Positions 53,059-64,000 of a DNA stretch of 64,000 nt are shown piece by piece. This stretch comes from Octopus bimaculoides (taxonomy: Eukaryota). The notes under the pieces are model-generated. The model searched no databases. It was given only the letters and a program-made list of their open reading frames with translations, and was not told the DNA's origin. Made by a program: the position numbers and the translations under genes. Where the stretch lies: NCBI RefSeq assembly GCF_001194135.2, contig NC_068988.1, positions 71,397,160-71,461,159 on the forward strand, written 5' to 3'. The stretch's first letter is position 1; each line of letters begins with the position of its first letter.

Positions 53059-54282
53059 ATTGCACCTGAAGTTATTTTAGGAACAGCTTCTTTCATAACG
53101 AATTAAGGAAAATGCTTAACTTATAGAAAATGAGTATATACTTGCATGACAGTCACAGCTATTTGGATTCACAAACAAGAGGAAAAGTACTCGGTAAAAT
53201 AGAAAAAAAGTAGAGTGAAGATATATATTTATTGTAAATACCAACATTACTTTCTGCTGCTGCTCGAGATTTCGCTTTACACATTGCTTATAAGGCATCT
53301 AAAGATTACATTAAAATAATTTTATTTATCTGTCAAATTACCTCTCGATACATAGGTTTGCATGTATGTATACACCAAGTCAGTGAGGTATTGTCCGTAC
53401 AACTCAAAGAGAGTTGAATAAAATCAAAATAAGGAACAGGATATCCAGAGGTGATGTATTACAACCGTTTCAAGCGACTCTATTTAAATGCAAGGCTATC
53501 ATCAGCTGCATAAATAAATAGAATTATTTAATCAGCTGAACACATTAATATAATTTTACATAAATTCTCTAATAGAACAAGAAGAGGGGAAAAGTCCATG
53601 TTGCTACTAATGTAGCTCAAAATATAATTAACTTTTAAAAATTGTATGAAGACCGTAAATTAAGATGTTAAGTACCAGTTAAAGGAGCAAGACACTAATA
53701 AAACCAATGATGTTAATACTGAGGAAATTATTCTCTCGGGTACAATAGATGATCGTATATAAACAATATTGTTATATTGTATGAAGATAATATTTAAGAT
53801 TTCTAAAAATGATATTATAACCAGAATAGATAAACTGTGTATATATAACAATTTCCAATATTAGAAAGGGAAGATTACATAGAATTAGTTTAATATTCAT
53901 TCCTGTACTTAATTATTTACTTATAAGGGGATTTCTATAAAGATTGCTCTGGGCATTTCCTTATGGAGTACTGCAGCGATAAATCATAATATCTTTATAT
54001 TAATTTTAAGCTAAGAATCAGAAAAAAATTGGAAAAATAAGTTGTGCACAGATACATACACATATTAAACTATGTGCACACATGCAAATATACACAAATA
54101 TTTGTACTTTATTATGGGTATGTTATAATCAACTTATATAGACGTAATCCACTTATATAGACGAAACACACTACATGTATATATGTATATGTAGACGTAA
54201 CACGCTACATGTATATATATGTATATAAATATATATATATATATATATGTATCTATATATTTATATATATATATAGACATAC

Positions 54283-54318
<36 letters not shown>

Positions 54319-54366
54319 NNNNNNNNNNNNNNNNNNNNNNNNNNNNNNNNNNNNNNNNNNNNNNNN

Positions 54367-54417
<51 letters not shown>

Positions 54418-54439
54418 ATATTTTCATACACGCGTATAT

Positions 54440-55650
54440 TTTTCTATATACACCCAGGCCTAGCACCCATTTTGGAGGGAAGGGATAGCCACAACATAAC
54501 TCAAACCAGGCATTCCATTCATTTCCCAGCTCAAAGAGGAGAGCCCCGTTCTATGCTCGCGTGAAGGCATAGAACGCAACCCTCAATATCAGCAGTGGAG
54601 CCCGACAGTATATGCTGGTTTTTCCCAGCCGCATCATGCTGGTTCCGTACTCCTATCAAATTTACACCCCCGTCCACAAACACTCTCCAGGCTTTCCTAT
54701 CATAAATTCTCTTACTTCTCTCACTCCAACACCTCTCACCACCAAGCTTTCCCTAATCCATCCATCCACACGAACCGAGGTCTGCCTCTGGCTCTGCTGT
54801 CTACGACTTCTGCATTCATCACCGTACTTACTATCCATTCCTAATACATCCACTCCATGTGGCCAAAACACCTCGACATTCGTTTATCCATTTTGGTTGT
54901 TAATTTTTCTCTCATCACCTCGTCATTCATCATCCTGTCCATCTGTGTCACACCAACCATAGCCCTCAAACATCTCATCTCAAACACATCTCGTAGCCTT
55001 CTTTCCGCCTCTTTCAGCCCCCCCCTTCTCTGCGTCTTATAACATTGTTGGTACAACCACGCCCTCATATGCACCTCATTTTGCCTTCATACTCAATCGT
55101 TTATTTCTTCGCATACCTTTCACAACTCCAAGTATCACAACTTCACAACTCCAAGTATCTTGCTCCTTTCCCTCACTCTATATCCCAACCCCTCATCCGC
55201 CGTCGCATGTAATTCCAGATACATAAAAACACTCACCTCCTCTAACATTTCACCATTTATACTCACATCTATCCTACCAGTCATTCCATCTCTCAAGCAT
55301 CTCATCACCTTACTCTTAGCTACATTCACTTTCAGTTTCCTCCTCTCAGACACTCTTCCAAACTCCACCACCAGTCTCCTCAGCTACTCTTCTGAATCCG
55401 CCACCAGTGTTGTATCATCAGCAAACAACAACTAACTCACCTGCCATTTCTCTCCATTTTCTCCCACCATTTGAGCTCCCCCACCCAACGTTCAAGCATT
55501 TACCTCTCTCACCAGACCATCCATATATAAATTAAACAGCCACGGAGACAACACAACCCTGTTTAAACCTTGCCTTCACATGAAACCACTCACTTACTTC
55601 ACCACCTACACTAACGCACGCCCTATTTTCTCTATAAAAACTGTGTACAG
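54440..55650 (-). mobile_element. RTE-clade LINE, 5'-truncated, with RT C-terminal half and 3' UTR
   Basis: VGGEVSEWF..KQGCVVSPWLFNLYMDGLVREV, FADD at 55414-55425, LVVEFGRVSERRKLKVNVAKSKVM, VFEMRCLRAMVGVTQMDRMMNDEV. Confidence 0.92.
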
Positions 55651-55723
55651 CTCCGCCCTAGTTACTCTATAAAAGTGATCTTCTTATAGCGCATATAATT
55701 TATATAGCGTGTATATATATATA

Positions 55724-55869
55724 AGTGGCTTGCTTACGAACCACATGGTTCCTGGTTCAGTCCCACTGCGTGGCACCTTGGGCAAGTGTCTTCCACTATA
55801 GCCTCGGACCGACCAAAGCCTTGTGAGTTGATTTGGTAGACGGAAACTGAAAGAAGCCCGTAGTATTTA

Positions 55870-55949
<80 letters not shown>

Positions 55950-56142
55950 TGTGTTTGTCCTCCCACCATCGTTTGACAATCGGTGCTGGTGTGTTCCGGT
56001 CCCCGTAACTTAGCGGTTCGGCAAAAGGAGACCGATAGAATAAGTACTAGGCTTACAAAGAATAAGTCCTGGGGTCGATTTGCTCGACTAAAGGTGCTGC
56101 TCCAGCATGGCCGCAGTCAAATGACTGAAACAATTAAAAGAG
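55724..56142 (+). mobile_element. SINE family B with internal (TA)n(TG)n
   Basis: CORE-like CACCTTGGGCAAGTGTCTT block and complete 3' tail. Confidence 0.92.
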
Positions 56143-56164
56143 TATATTATATGTATGTTTTGTG

Positions 56165-56541
56165 TGTTGGCACCCCGTCGCTTACGACGTTGAGGGTTCC
56201 AGTTGATCCGATCAACGGAACAACCTGCTCGTGAAATTAACGTGCAAGTGGCTGAGCAGTCCACAGACACGTGTACCCTTAACGTAGTTCTCGGGCATAT
56301 TCAGCGTGACACAATGTGACAAGGCTGACCCTTTGAATTACAGGCGCAACAGAAACAGGAAGTAAGAGTGAGAGAAAGTTCTGGTGAGAGAGTACATCAG
56401 GGTTCGCCACCACCCGAGCCGGAGCCTCATGGAGTTTTTAGGTGTTTTCGCTCAATAAACACTCACAACGCCCGGTCTGAGAATCGAAACCGCGATCCTA
56501 TGACCGCGAGTCCGCTACCCTAACCATTGGGGCATTGCGCC
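56165..56541 (-). mobile_element. SINE family C (tRNA-derived head), full length
   Basis: Head GGCGCAATGCCCCAATGGTTAGGGTAGCGGACTCGCGGTCATAGGATCGCGGTTTCGATTCTCAGACC with A- and B-box-like motifs; 3' domain shared with 22166-22310. Confidence 0.88.
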
Positions 56542-56789
56542 GCCACTTGTATGTATATATGTATGTATGTATGTATGTATGACAACAGCACAACACATAG
56601 TAACGAAAATTATTTGTGGATGGAAATGTATACACTTTATTAATGTATGACATGTTTCTGCATTGTACATGTTCATTCGTGAGGACATTTTCATATTCAT
56701 AAAATATTATTGAAGGTTATTCACAATACCTATGAGTCTTGAGTTGGCCTCCATTACATGCGTATGCTTTGTGAGGTAGTCACACTAAT

Positions 56790-56985
56790 AATTGCGTCAC
56801 AGAGTCTCGAGACCCACATTCGACCACTGTCAGGAAATACAGCAAATCTGAACTTAGAGAAAATTACAGTGTCTCAAAATGCTAGTGGTCTTTCCACCAT
56901 CTCACTATCCCAATATTTTCTCCGCTTGATGTTGACTGGTCGAAGAAGTGGCTTCCTTCTTGCTGTGTTACTATAATAATTACGA
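56790..56985 (-). mobile_element. Tc1 transposase fragment
   Basis: ARRKPLLRPVNIKRRKYW..F*DTVIFS..RFAVFPDSGRMWVSR (compare AxxKPLL..W..VIFSDE..F..DGR.WV.R). Confidence 0.75.
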
Positions 56986-58877
56986 ATTACAAATTACAAT
57001 TGTAGCTAATAGATTTTTTAAATGTGATTAATATAATAAATCTATTACTAATAATGATTAGTGTGTATACCAGAAATAGATTCACTGAGTGAATTATGAA
57101 TTTCTTTTTTTAAGGACTGAGTAAGTACATATGATCGGCAACAAATATGTATATAAACAATAGATTCAAAGAAATGAACAGAGATACTTGAAAATAACGG
57201 AAGTAAATTGGTATGAATAGACAAACCAGAAACCTATCGATAAATTACGTATATAAACTCTGAAAAGACAGTACACCTCTTTAAGAAAATCGTAGACGGC
57301 AACTCAGCAGGCACTAAATATTGCTTATAACGATAACAAAATAATATATTCATAAAAAAGATTTAAGCTACAATATTGATGTTAACACATTCTGGTTGCC
57401 AAACTAATGATAAATGATCTAAAGCGAGACCGAAGGGTATGAATTAGGGCAGACGTTAGATAACTATTATCTTGAATTTGATCTAAAATGCGATGTAGTC
57501 CAAACGAGAAAAAAAATATCATAAACAATACAGTATAGTTAATTGCACCGCTCTTAATGTGAATTTTATCCTCTCTGTTATCTTCGTAGATTGTTGTGAA
57601 CTGATAATGTTAAAATGAACTTTTTTTTAATTATTTCCCTCGTGTTTGTTCTATCATAAGTGAAACACAAGAGGCGAGGATGAGGCATGAGCTTTCTTCA
57701 GTCAAATCTAATGTTTTATTAGGTGGCGGGGGGGGGGGCTTGCTGTGACGACCCACAAATAACGTCCAGTGCGTTTTTCGTTTTCTTTTTACTTTCGTCT
57801 TTCTCTGAGATGTGCTATGACGATTCACAAGTAACGCTTAAAATGTTTAACGGAGCATTCTGATTGGTGTAAAATGGTAAATGTCTTTAAGTAAATATCA
57901 GACCAGCAAAAAGTATTAATGATAATGTCTATAGATTTCCATCCACGAGTCATTTTCGTTATTATTATATCATTCTAAGTTGTTAGGATGTATAACCATC
58001 CGATAGGATTACACTGGAAGATGGGAATAACAGGTGGTACCCGACCACAAGAAGGATACTCTTCCGAATTGTTCGCCTTCATTAGACTGTGAACTTGGGT
58101 TCTTTTGACAGGTTGTAATTTGGAGGAGGAATTTGAATAAGTATGGAATTCAAGTTGAATACACGTTATAAAACTAATGGAAAACGAGAAAAAGTCAGAT
58201 GTTTGCAATGAAGAAATTGTTTCATTTTTAATGATGTGAAAAATGTTCGTGTACTATGGAACGACTCTGTTAGATATGTTTTGCTACAAGTTGCTACAAG
58301 GAATCGGTAAAATTGTAGCTTCTATATAAATGTTATACTAGATCGTTTACCTGCTTACTTCAACAGACAAGTAAACATATACTGTTAATCATACCTGCCT
58401 TCGAATCAATAATTAATGTAGAATACATTGTAGCTGCATATGAGACACAGTTAGACTCTGCTATTTACCGCTTAAAATGTCGCACGTGGGAGAATTTCAT
58501 TTTTACCATTGTAGGTATGCCACTAAAATAGCTAATATAAGACATTGATTTATTTCCGATACTAAATTTAATTGTTCAATAACCAAAGATTAATAAAGAC
58601 AAGACATTTTACTGCGGGCAACCTCAGATGTGTGAGGGCAAATGATATGAGGTTTTCAGCTGGTCAAACCCGCTGCCGACAGTCCACTGATCACTGCTCT
58701 CGACATAGACAATTTTGAAACAAACTTATCCATTAAAACTACGGTTTAAATTTTCACTGAGATCTCTATCGAATATTAGAAATCGTCATGAAATATATAA
58801 TTCAACTCAATAAAATTCTCAACCCTCGAAATTTATAATTCCTGGTTGCAAGATTCTGAAGTTTTATATGCTGGAAT

Positions 58878-59022
<145 letters not shown>

Positions 59023-59362
59023 CAATAAAACTGGGAACAATTTGTAGTTATTCATAGTTGCGTGAGTCGTACTTCACTTGAAATGCTCATCTGATGTTAA
59101 TAATATAAGCTGATTAAATCTGCTATTATACAACCTTAGATTTATATCACTTTGAGCTATTACGTGGCCAGAGAATCAGAATATTGTAACTTAAACTTCT
59201 TTGAGTGGCATGCAATATCTAGGAAGATACGCTGTATCAAAACGATAGCCGATATAGAAATCTAGAGTTAATCGATTCATAGACAGGAAGAAGTGAGTAC
59301 GGAGTTAATTTACACAGACATACACATACGCACACAACTATATATTAATACGCGCCCGCGCA

Positions 59363-59446
<84 letters not shown>

Positions 59447-59960
59447 GAGAAAGAGAGAAATGATGAGTAGAAAACAGGTATGACATTCTAAAAATTTATA
59501 GTACTCCCGTGAAATGTCGAAATGATTATATAGCTGTATTGAAATATTTTACGAAGCGGCGCGCTGGTAGTATCGTTATCACGCCGGGGAAAATGCTTAA
59601 CGGCTCAAGGCGGGGGACCCAACATGGCCGCGGTCAAATGACTGAAACAAGTAAAAGAACAATTATGCAAATTACGTCATACATATCCACTACTTAGCCC
59701 AATCGTGGTTGCGTGTCGCACTTTACTGTGCTCCAACATATGTATGCATGTATGTATGTATGTAAATCCATTTCTTCTTCGTACCTTTTAATTTCTTCTG
59801 TCGATACTCTAAGCCCTATTACTGAATTCACCCGTTTATCCTTTCTATTTTTATTATTAAGCAAGAAGACAGAATACTGTTTGGGAATACAAACGGGCAG
59901 TATTACAATGCAGCTAATCATTTTTATGTAATTTTCCAGAAACTAATATAGTTATTATTT

Positions 59961-60053
59961 ATTTGTACAAAGACTAAAATTCCTTTAAAGCGAGGCTCCA
60001 GTATGAATTCAGTCAAATGTCTGAAAGCCCATCCACATTTGTACAAAGACTAA
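59961..60053 (+). mobile_element. Very short SINE-B 3'-tail insertion with a 17-bp direct repeat
   Basis: ATTTGTACAAAGACTAA at 59961-77 and 60037-53 flanks TAAAGCGAGGCTCCAGTATG..CAGTCAAATGTCTGAAA. Confidence 0.65.
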
Positions 60054-61651
60054 TTGTTTAAGAAGTTACATTTCTTTGCAATGTATTATACTTCGAGCTG
60101 CGATGAACTTAGCTTTAATCAGAAACCAAAATTGAGCTGCTTTCTCTGTACAGCGCAAAGCTTTTAACTCGTATGTTTATGTAACTCGCTCCGGTTCATA
60201 TCTTGAATTATTAACTATCAACTGCAACTTAGTCGCTTATCACAGATTACTAGAATATTAATTATTGAGTTTACTCTAAAGATTTTATCAATATGTTAAT
60301 TTGAAGCATTTTACTTCTATCTGCTATTTGCATTTATGAATGATGTATGGGAATAATCAAGAGGGTTTTTCAGTGTTGAATCAGCCAATATCGTCATGGA
60401 GATGGCATATATTTTCATGGTATTGACAGATATATTTCACTGGCTTCCCGTTCTATATTTTACACTTCAGTAAATATCCTGCATTAATTTTCTCACCCCA
60501 ACTAGAGATAATTAAAACAGTAATTGATTAATGGTTAGTCCCATCCCGTTAAATGCACCTATATTTAGTACGTCTAAATATGGAAACAAACATTGTAAAA
60601 AAATTACGGTGTTATCAAAATTAACGCTCAGACTAGTGGTTTTAAAAGATTTTGTGTTTATTTTTTAAAGAAATAGATTAGACGTTTCCTTTATTATAAG
60701 ACGTGTGGTCCGAAAACGCTCGTTGTGGAAATATTATCTGTTTAGAAAAAATATAACGACATAGTGCTGCACTTTGTCCATTTATTCAGAAAATATGGGA
60801 AGTAATTTTATTCTGAATTTTATCTTACATTTCATTTTATGCAGTTTCATTTTAACCGAGATAACTAACTGCAGATGAAACCTGAGCTTATGTTATATTC
60901 TATTTCTTCGCAAAATATTTCATTTTAACAGTCTTAAATTCCTGAAGTGAGGAAGTTAAGATCTCATAAACCAACACAATACACAGAAGAATATGATGTA
61001 AAAATAAGGGACAAAAATGACTTCTTATGCAAAGTTAAATATGTCGTTGCATTTACGTGTTTGCGAGTGCTTACAACTGCCGCGCTAAAACTGAACTGTT
61101 TGCACAAAATCTAACGCTTCTTTCGGTAGAATAAGGTCCCAGGGCTGAAGCCCTTAATTGCGTAGTGTTATTCAACAATCAAATTCTTTTGCAGACCCTA
61201 AATGTCCTGGTCGGGTCGTAGTGCTTGAAAGGACAACGATTTTACTGAGTGGATAAAATTTCGTCTAGCGCGCAGTGAGGTGTGGTACAAGGCCTCCAAA
61301 AAGTACTCTTCATTATACTTGATCGTTAACCCAGAGTCATTGGAGAACCTTGACACAGACTCATCCAGGAAAGCATTTTGTGATCTTGCCAAGATCTTGT
61401 TATTAATAATAATTTAACAAATTATGATTTGTTAATTATTTTTATTACTGGTACTTTGATTTTATCATTATCTCTTATTAATACCAGTATTTATTTGGTA
61501 TATTTTTTTTCTCGAGCTGACAGTAATGAAAGATAAATATGACCTCAGTGAAATTTCCAATCTAAACGCATTTTTCACGTTCCTCTAACGATTTCTCCAA
61601 TACACCGATGACAACAACAACGAAGGTGATGATGATGATGATGATGATCCA

Positions 61652-62644
61652 TTTTAATGTAGGCACAAGACCTGAAATTTGGTGCGGAGGTGCTAGTTGA
61701 TTACATCCATCCCAGTGCTCAGCTGGTACTCATTTTATTGCCACCCGACGTTAAAAGTCAAAGCCGATCTCGGCGGAATTTGAATTCAGAACATAAAGAT
61801 GAACGAAATGCCATTAAGCATTTTGGCCTCAGTGCTGACGAATCTGTCAACTCGCTGTAAAATTCTTTCAAATGTAGGCACAAAAATAAGAATTTCTACA
61901 ATCGGAACAAAGCCTGAAATTTTGGGGTGGGAGCTAGTCGATTATATCGATCCCAGTGCTCGATTGGTACATATTTTATCGATTCCAAAAGGCAAAGTTG
62001 ACGTCGATGGAATTTTAACTCAGAGCGCTAAAAGCTGGAAGAAATACCACTTTTGTCCAAGACGCTAACGATTCTGGGCAAATTGACAAAAACTTTAGTC
62101 GAATAAATTGTATCTTGTTCTTCACAATTTCTTTATTCCATTGATCTGGAGGATGAAAGGCAAAGTTTACTTCCACGGGAATTTAAATTCAACAAGCAAT
62201 TATCGTAACTAAATATCCTTTTCTACTCTAGGTACAAGGCCTGAAAGTTTGGGGGAGGGGGCCAGTCGATTAGATCGACTCCAGTACGCAACTGGTACTT
62301 AATTTATCGACCCCGAAAGGATGAAAGGCAAAGTCGACCTCGGCGAAGTTTGATCTCAGATCGCAATGATAGACGAAATACCTCTAAGCATTTCGCCCGG
62401 CGTGCTACCGTTTCTTATTTCTTTATTGCCCACAAGGAGCTAAACATAGAGACAAACAACGAAATACAAAGAGATTAAGTAGATTACATCAATCCAGTGC
62501 GTAACTGATACTTAATTTATCGACCCTCAAAGGATGAAAGGCAAAGTCAAACTCGGCGTAATTTGAATTCAAAACGTAAGGATAGATGAAAAACCGCTAA
62601 GCATTTCGCCCGGCGTGGTAACGTCTCTACCAGCTCGCCGCCTT
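61652..62644 (-). mobile_element. Cluster of five co-oriented SINE family A copies (61652-61857, 61893-62075, 62145-62190 partial, 62215-62411, 62412-62644)
   Basis: Repeated core AAGGATGAAAGGCAAAGT.. and heads GCTAAGCATTTCGCCCGGCGTG. Confidence 0.9.
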
Positions 62645-62689
62645 ACCGTAATTAAATATCATAAAACATTTGTCAACGTCATGAAAGTG

Positions 62690-62787
62690 GTGATGGTGGT
62701 GGTAGTTACAGTCGCAGCAGCAGTAGCAGGAATAGGGGCAGTCGCAGCAGCAGCAGCAGCAGCAGCAGCAGCACCGGCAGCAGCAGC

Positions 62788-62842
<55 letters not shown>

Positions 62843-62845
62843 ATA
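62690..62845. repeat. Compound (GGT)n-(GCA)n-(GTA)n repeat
   Basis: Read directly from the sequence. Confidence 0.95.
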
Positions 62846-63705
62846 TATGTGCATTGCAGTTTACAAGTTTACAATTGCTTCAAAAGGAAAAGATCAAATT
62901 ACACAGGCCGGGGCAAGCAATTGCGTTTCCTTCGTGATTTTCATAGTGTAACCCACCTATAACATGCCATTAAGCTTGTAAAGAAAGAAAATTTGCATCC
63001 TTTTTGATGCAAAATTAGGGTGGAAATAAGGCCTCTTGGGCGCTTTTTTCCTATGCATTCACAATATGGTAATAACCAACAAGTAAATCTCATAAAGTTC
63101 ATAAACATAATACGATGAAATTTTCAGTCTTAATAACATCCCGATAATGAATTCCGTGATATTTCTGAATATTTCTGAATGGAAAAATCTCTAGTGAGGA
63201 AAACGTGCTGAACAATAGTTTGTAAGAGATGTTGACCTAAATTTCTTCATGCATACTCATGAATACCTATTGCCCTAACAATATAATTACCAAAATACTA
63301 ATTATCTCTATTAAAAGTTACTGAAGGAGATATTACTCGTGACGGTTTATGCGTTTTCTTCTTTTATAGAATGGAGATATGTGAGATACTGTGATGTGAT
63401 ACTTGATATAGTGATATTTACGGGATTACGATAACGAAGTTTGTCGTTCTTTATTAAGTGCACAATGTGTTGTTCTGATATTTTCAATAGTTTACATTAA
63501 AGCATAAAGGATACGTAGCGAACTGTACCGTAGAGAAATAGTGTGAGCTCGTGTTTGAAGAGTATTTACGTTTTGCCAATGAATAATAACTTTATTTCAA
63601 TTTTGTAAAAGAGTTGAATTGCTTTATATCACGTTATGTATATAAGTAGTAATACTATTAGATTATCGATTTTTATTTATGACAAGAATGTAAACATCTG
63701 TGCAT

Positions 63706-63954
63706 TCTGGGTGGTTAGATGTTTGTTCCCAACCGCATGGTTCCGGGTTCAGTAACACTACGTGGCAACTTCGAGAAAAATCTTCTACTATAGCACAGGG
63801 CCGACCAAAGCCTTTTGAATGAAATTGATCGCCAGAAGCTGAAAGCCCATCCACATTGTTCCGGGTTCAGTCCCACTATGTGGCACTTTGAGGGAGTAAC
63901 TTCTACTATAACGTTGGGCCGACAAATGCCTTGTTACGGAATTTGGTAGACGGT

Positions 63955-63955
<1 letters not shown>
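63706..63955 (+). mobile_element. Two tandem 5' halves of SINE family B
   Basis: GTTCCGGGTTCAGT..GTGGCA.CTT.G..CTTCTACTATA..GGGCCGAC occurs at ~63740 and ~63860. Confidence 0.85.

Positions 63956-64000
<45 letters not shown>

Noticed and set aside
56470-56541. tRNA-like sequence
   Set aside because: It is the head of a SINE, continuing into a SINE body, with an imperfect cloverleaf
61198-61420. Open frames on both strands (..DFTEWIKFRLARSEVWYK..)
   Set aside because: Short, interrupted by stops, no recognisable family

Overview
AT-rich, repeat-dense eukaryotic DNA with eight N-gaps, almost all next to microsatellites. The SINE families, R4/Dong, RTE and Penelope-like relics and very long micro/minisatellites suggest an octopus (cephalopod) scaffold; this is my inference from repeat content. 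I found no confidently recognisable host gene, rRNA, true tRNA or CRISPR array. Most ORFs in the track are simple-repeat or N-gap artefacts. The identifiable content is decayed transposons: Tc1/mariner, R4/Dong, RTE, L1/Tx1, Penelope-like elements, probable piggyBac- and Merlin-like MITEs, and at least 25 SINE copies from about 4 tRNA-derived families. Three observations stand out. (1) A 1.87-kb retroposon bounded by a 10-bp TSD encodes a gag-like ORF1 with a zinc knuckle but no RT. It is nested in a Tc1 element, and its 3' tail resembles that of a SINE subfamily and, more weakly, an L1/Tx1 ORF2 remnant in the same window, suggesting a LINE/half-LINE/SINE mobilisation network. (2) A 1.8-kb unit with ~128-bp terminal inverted repeats encloses a Penelope-like GIY-YIG endonuclease fragment. 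(3) A near-canonical minimal hammerhead ribozyme motif lies at 40763-40820. All alignments were done by eye and boundaries are approximate unless a TSD or TIR is quoted.
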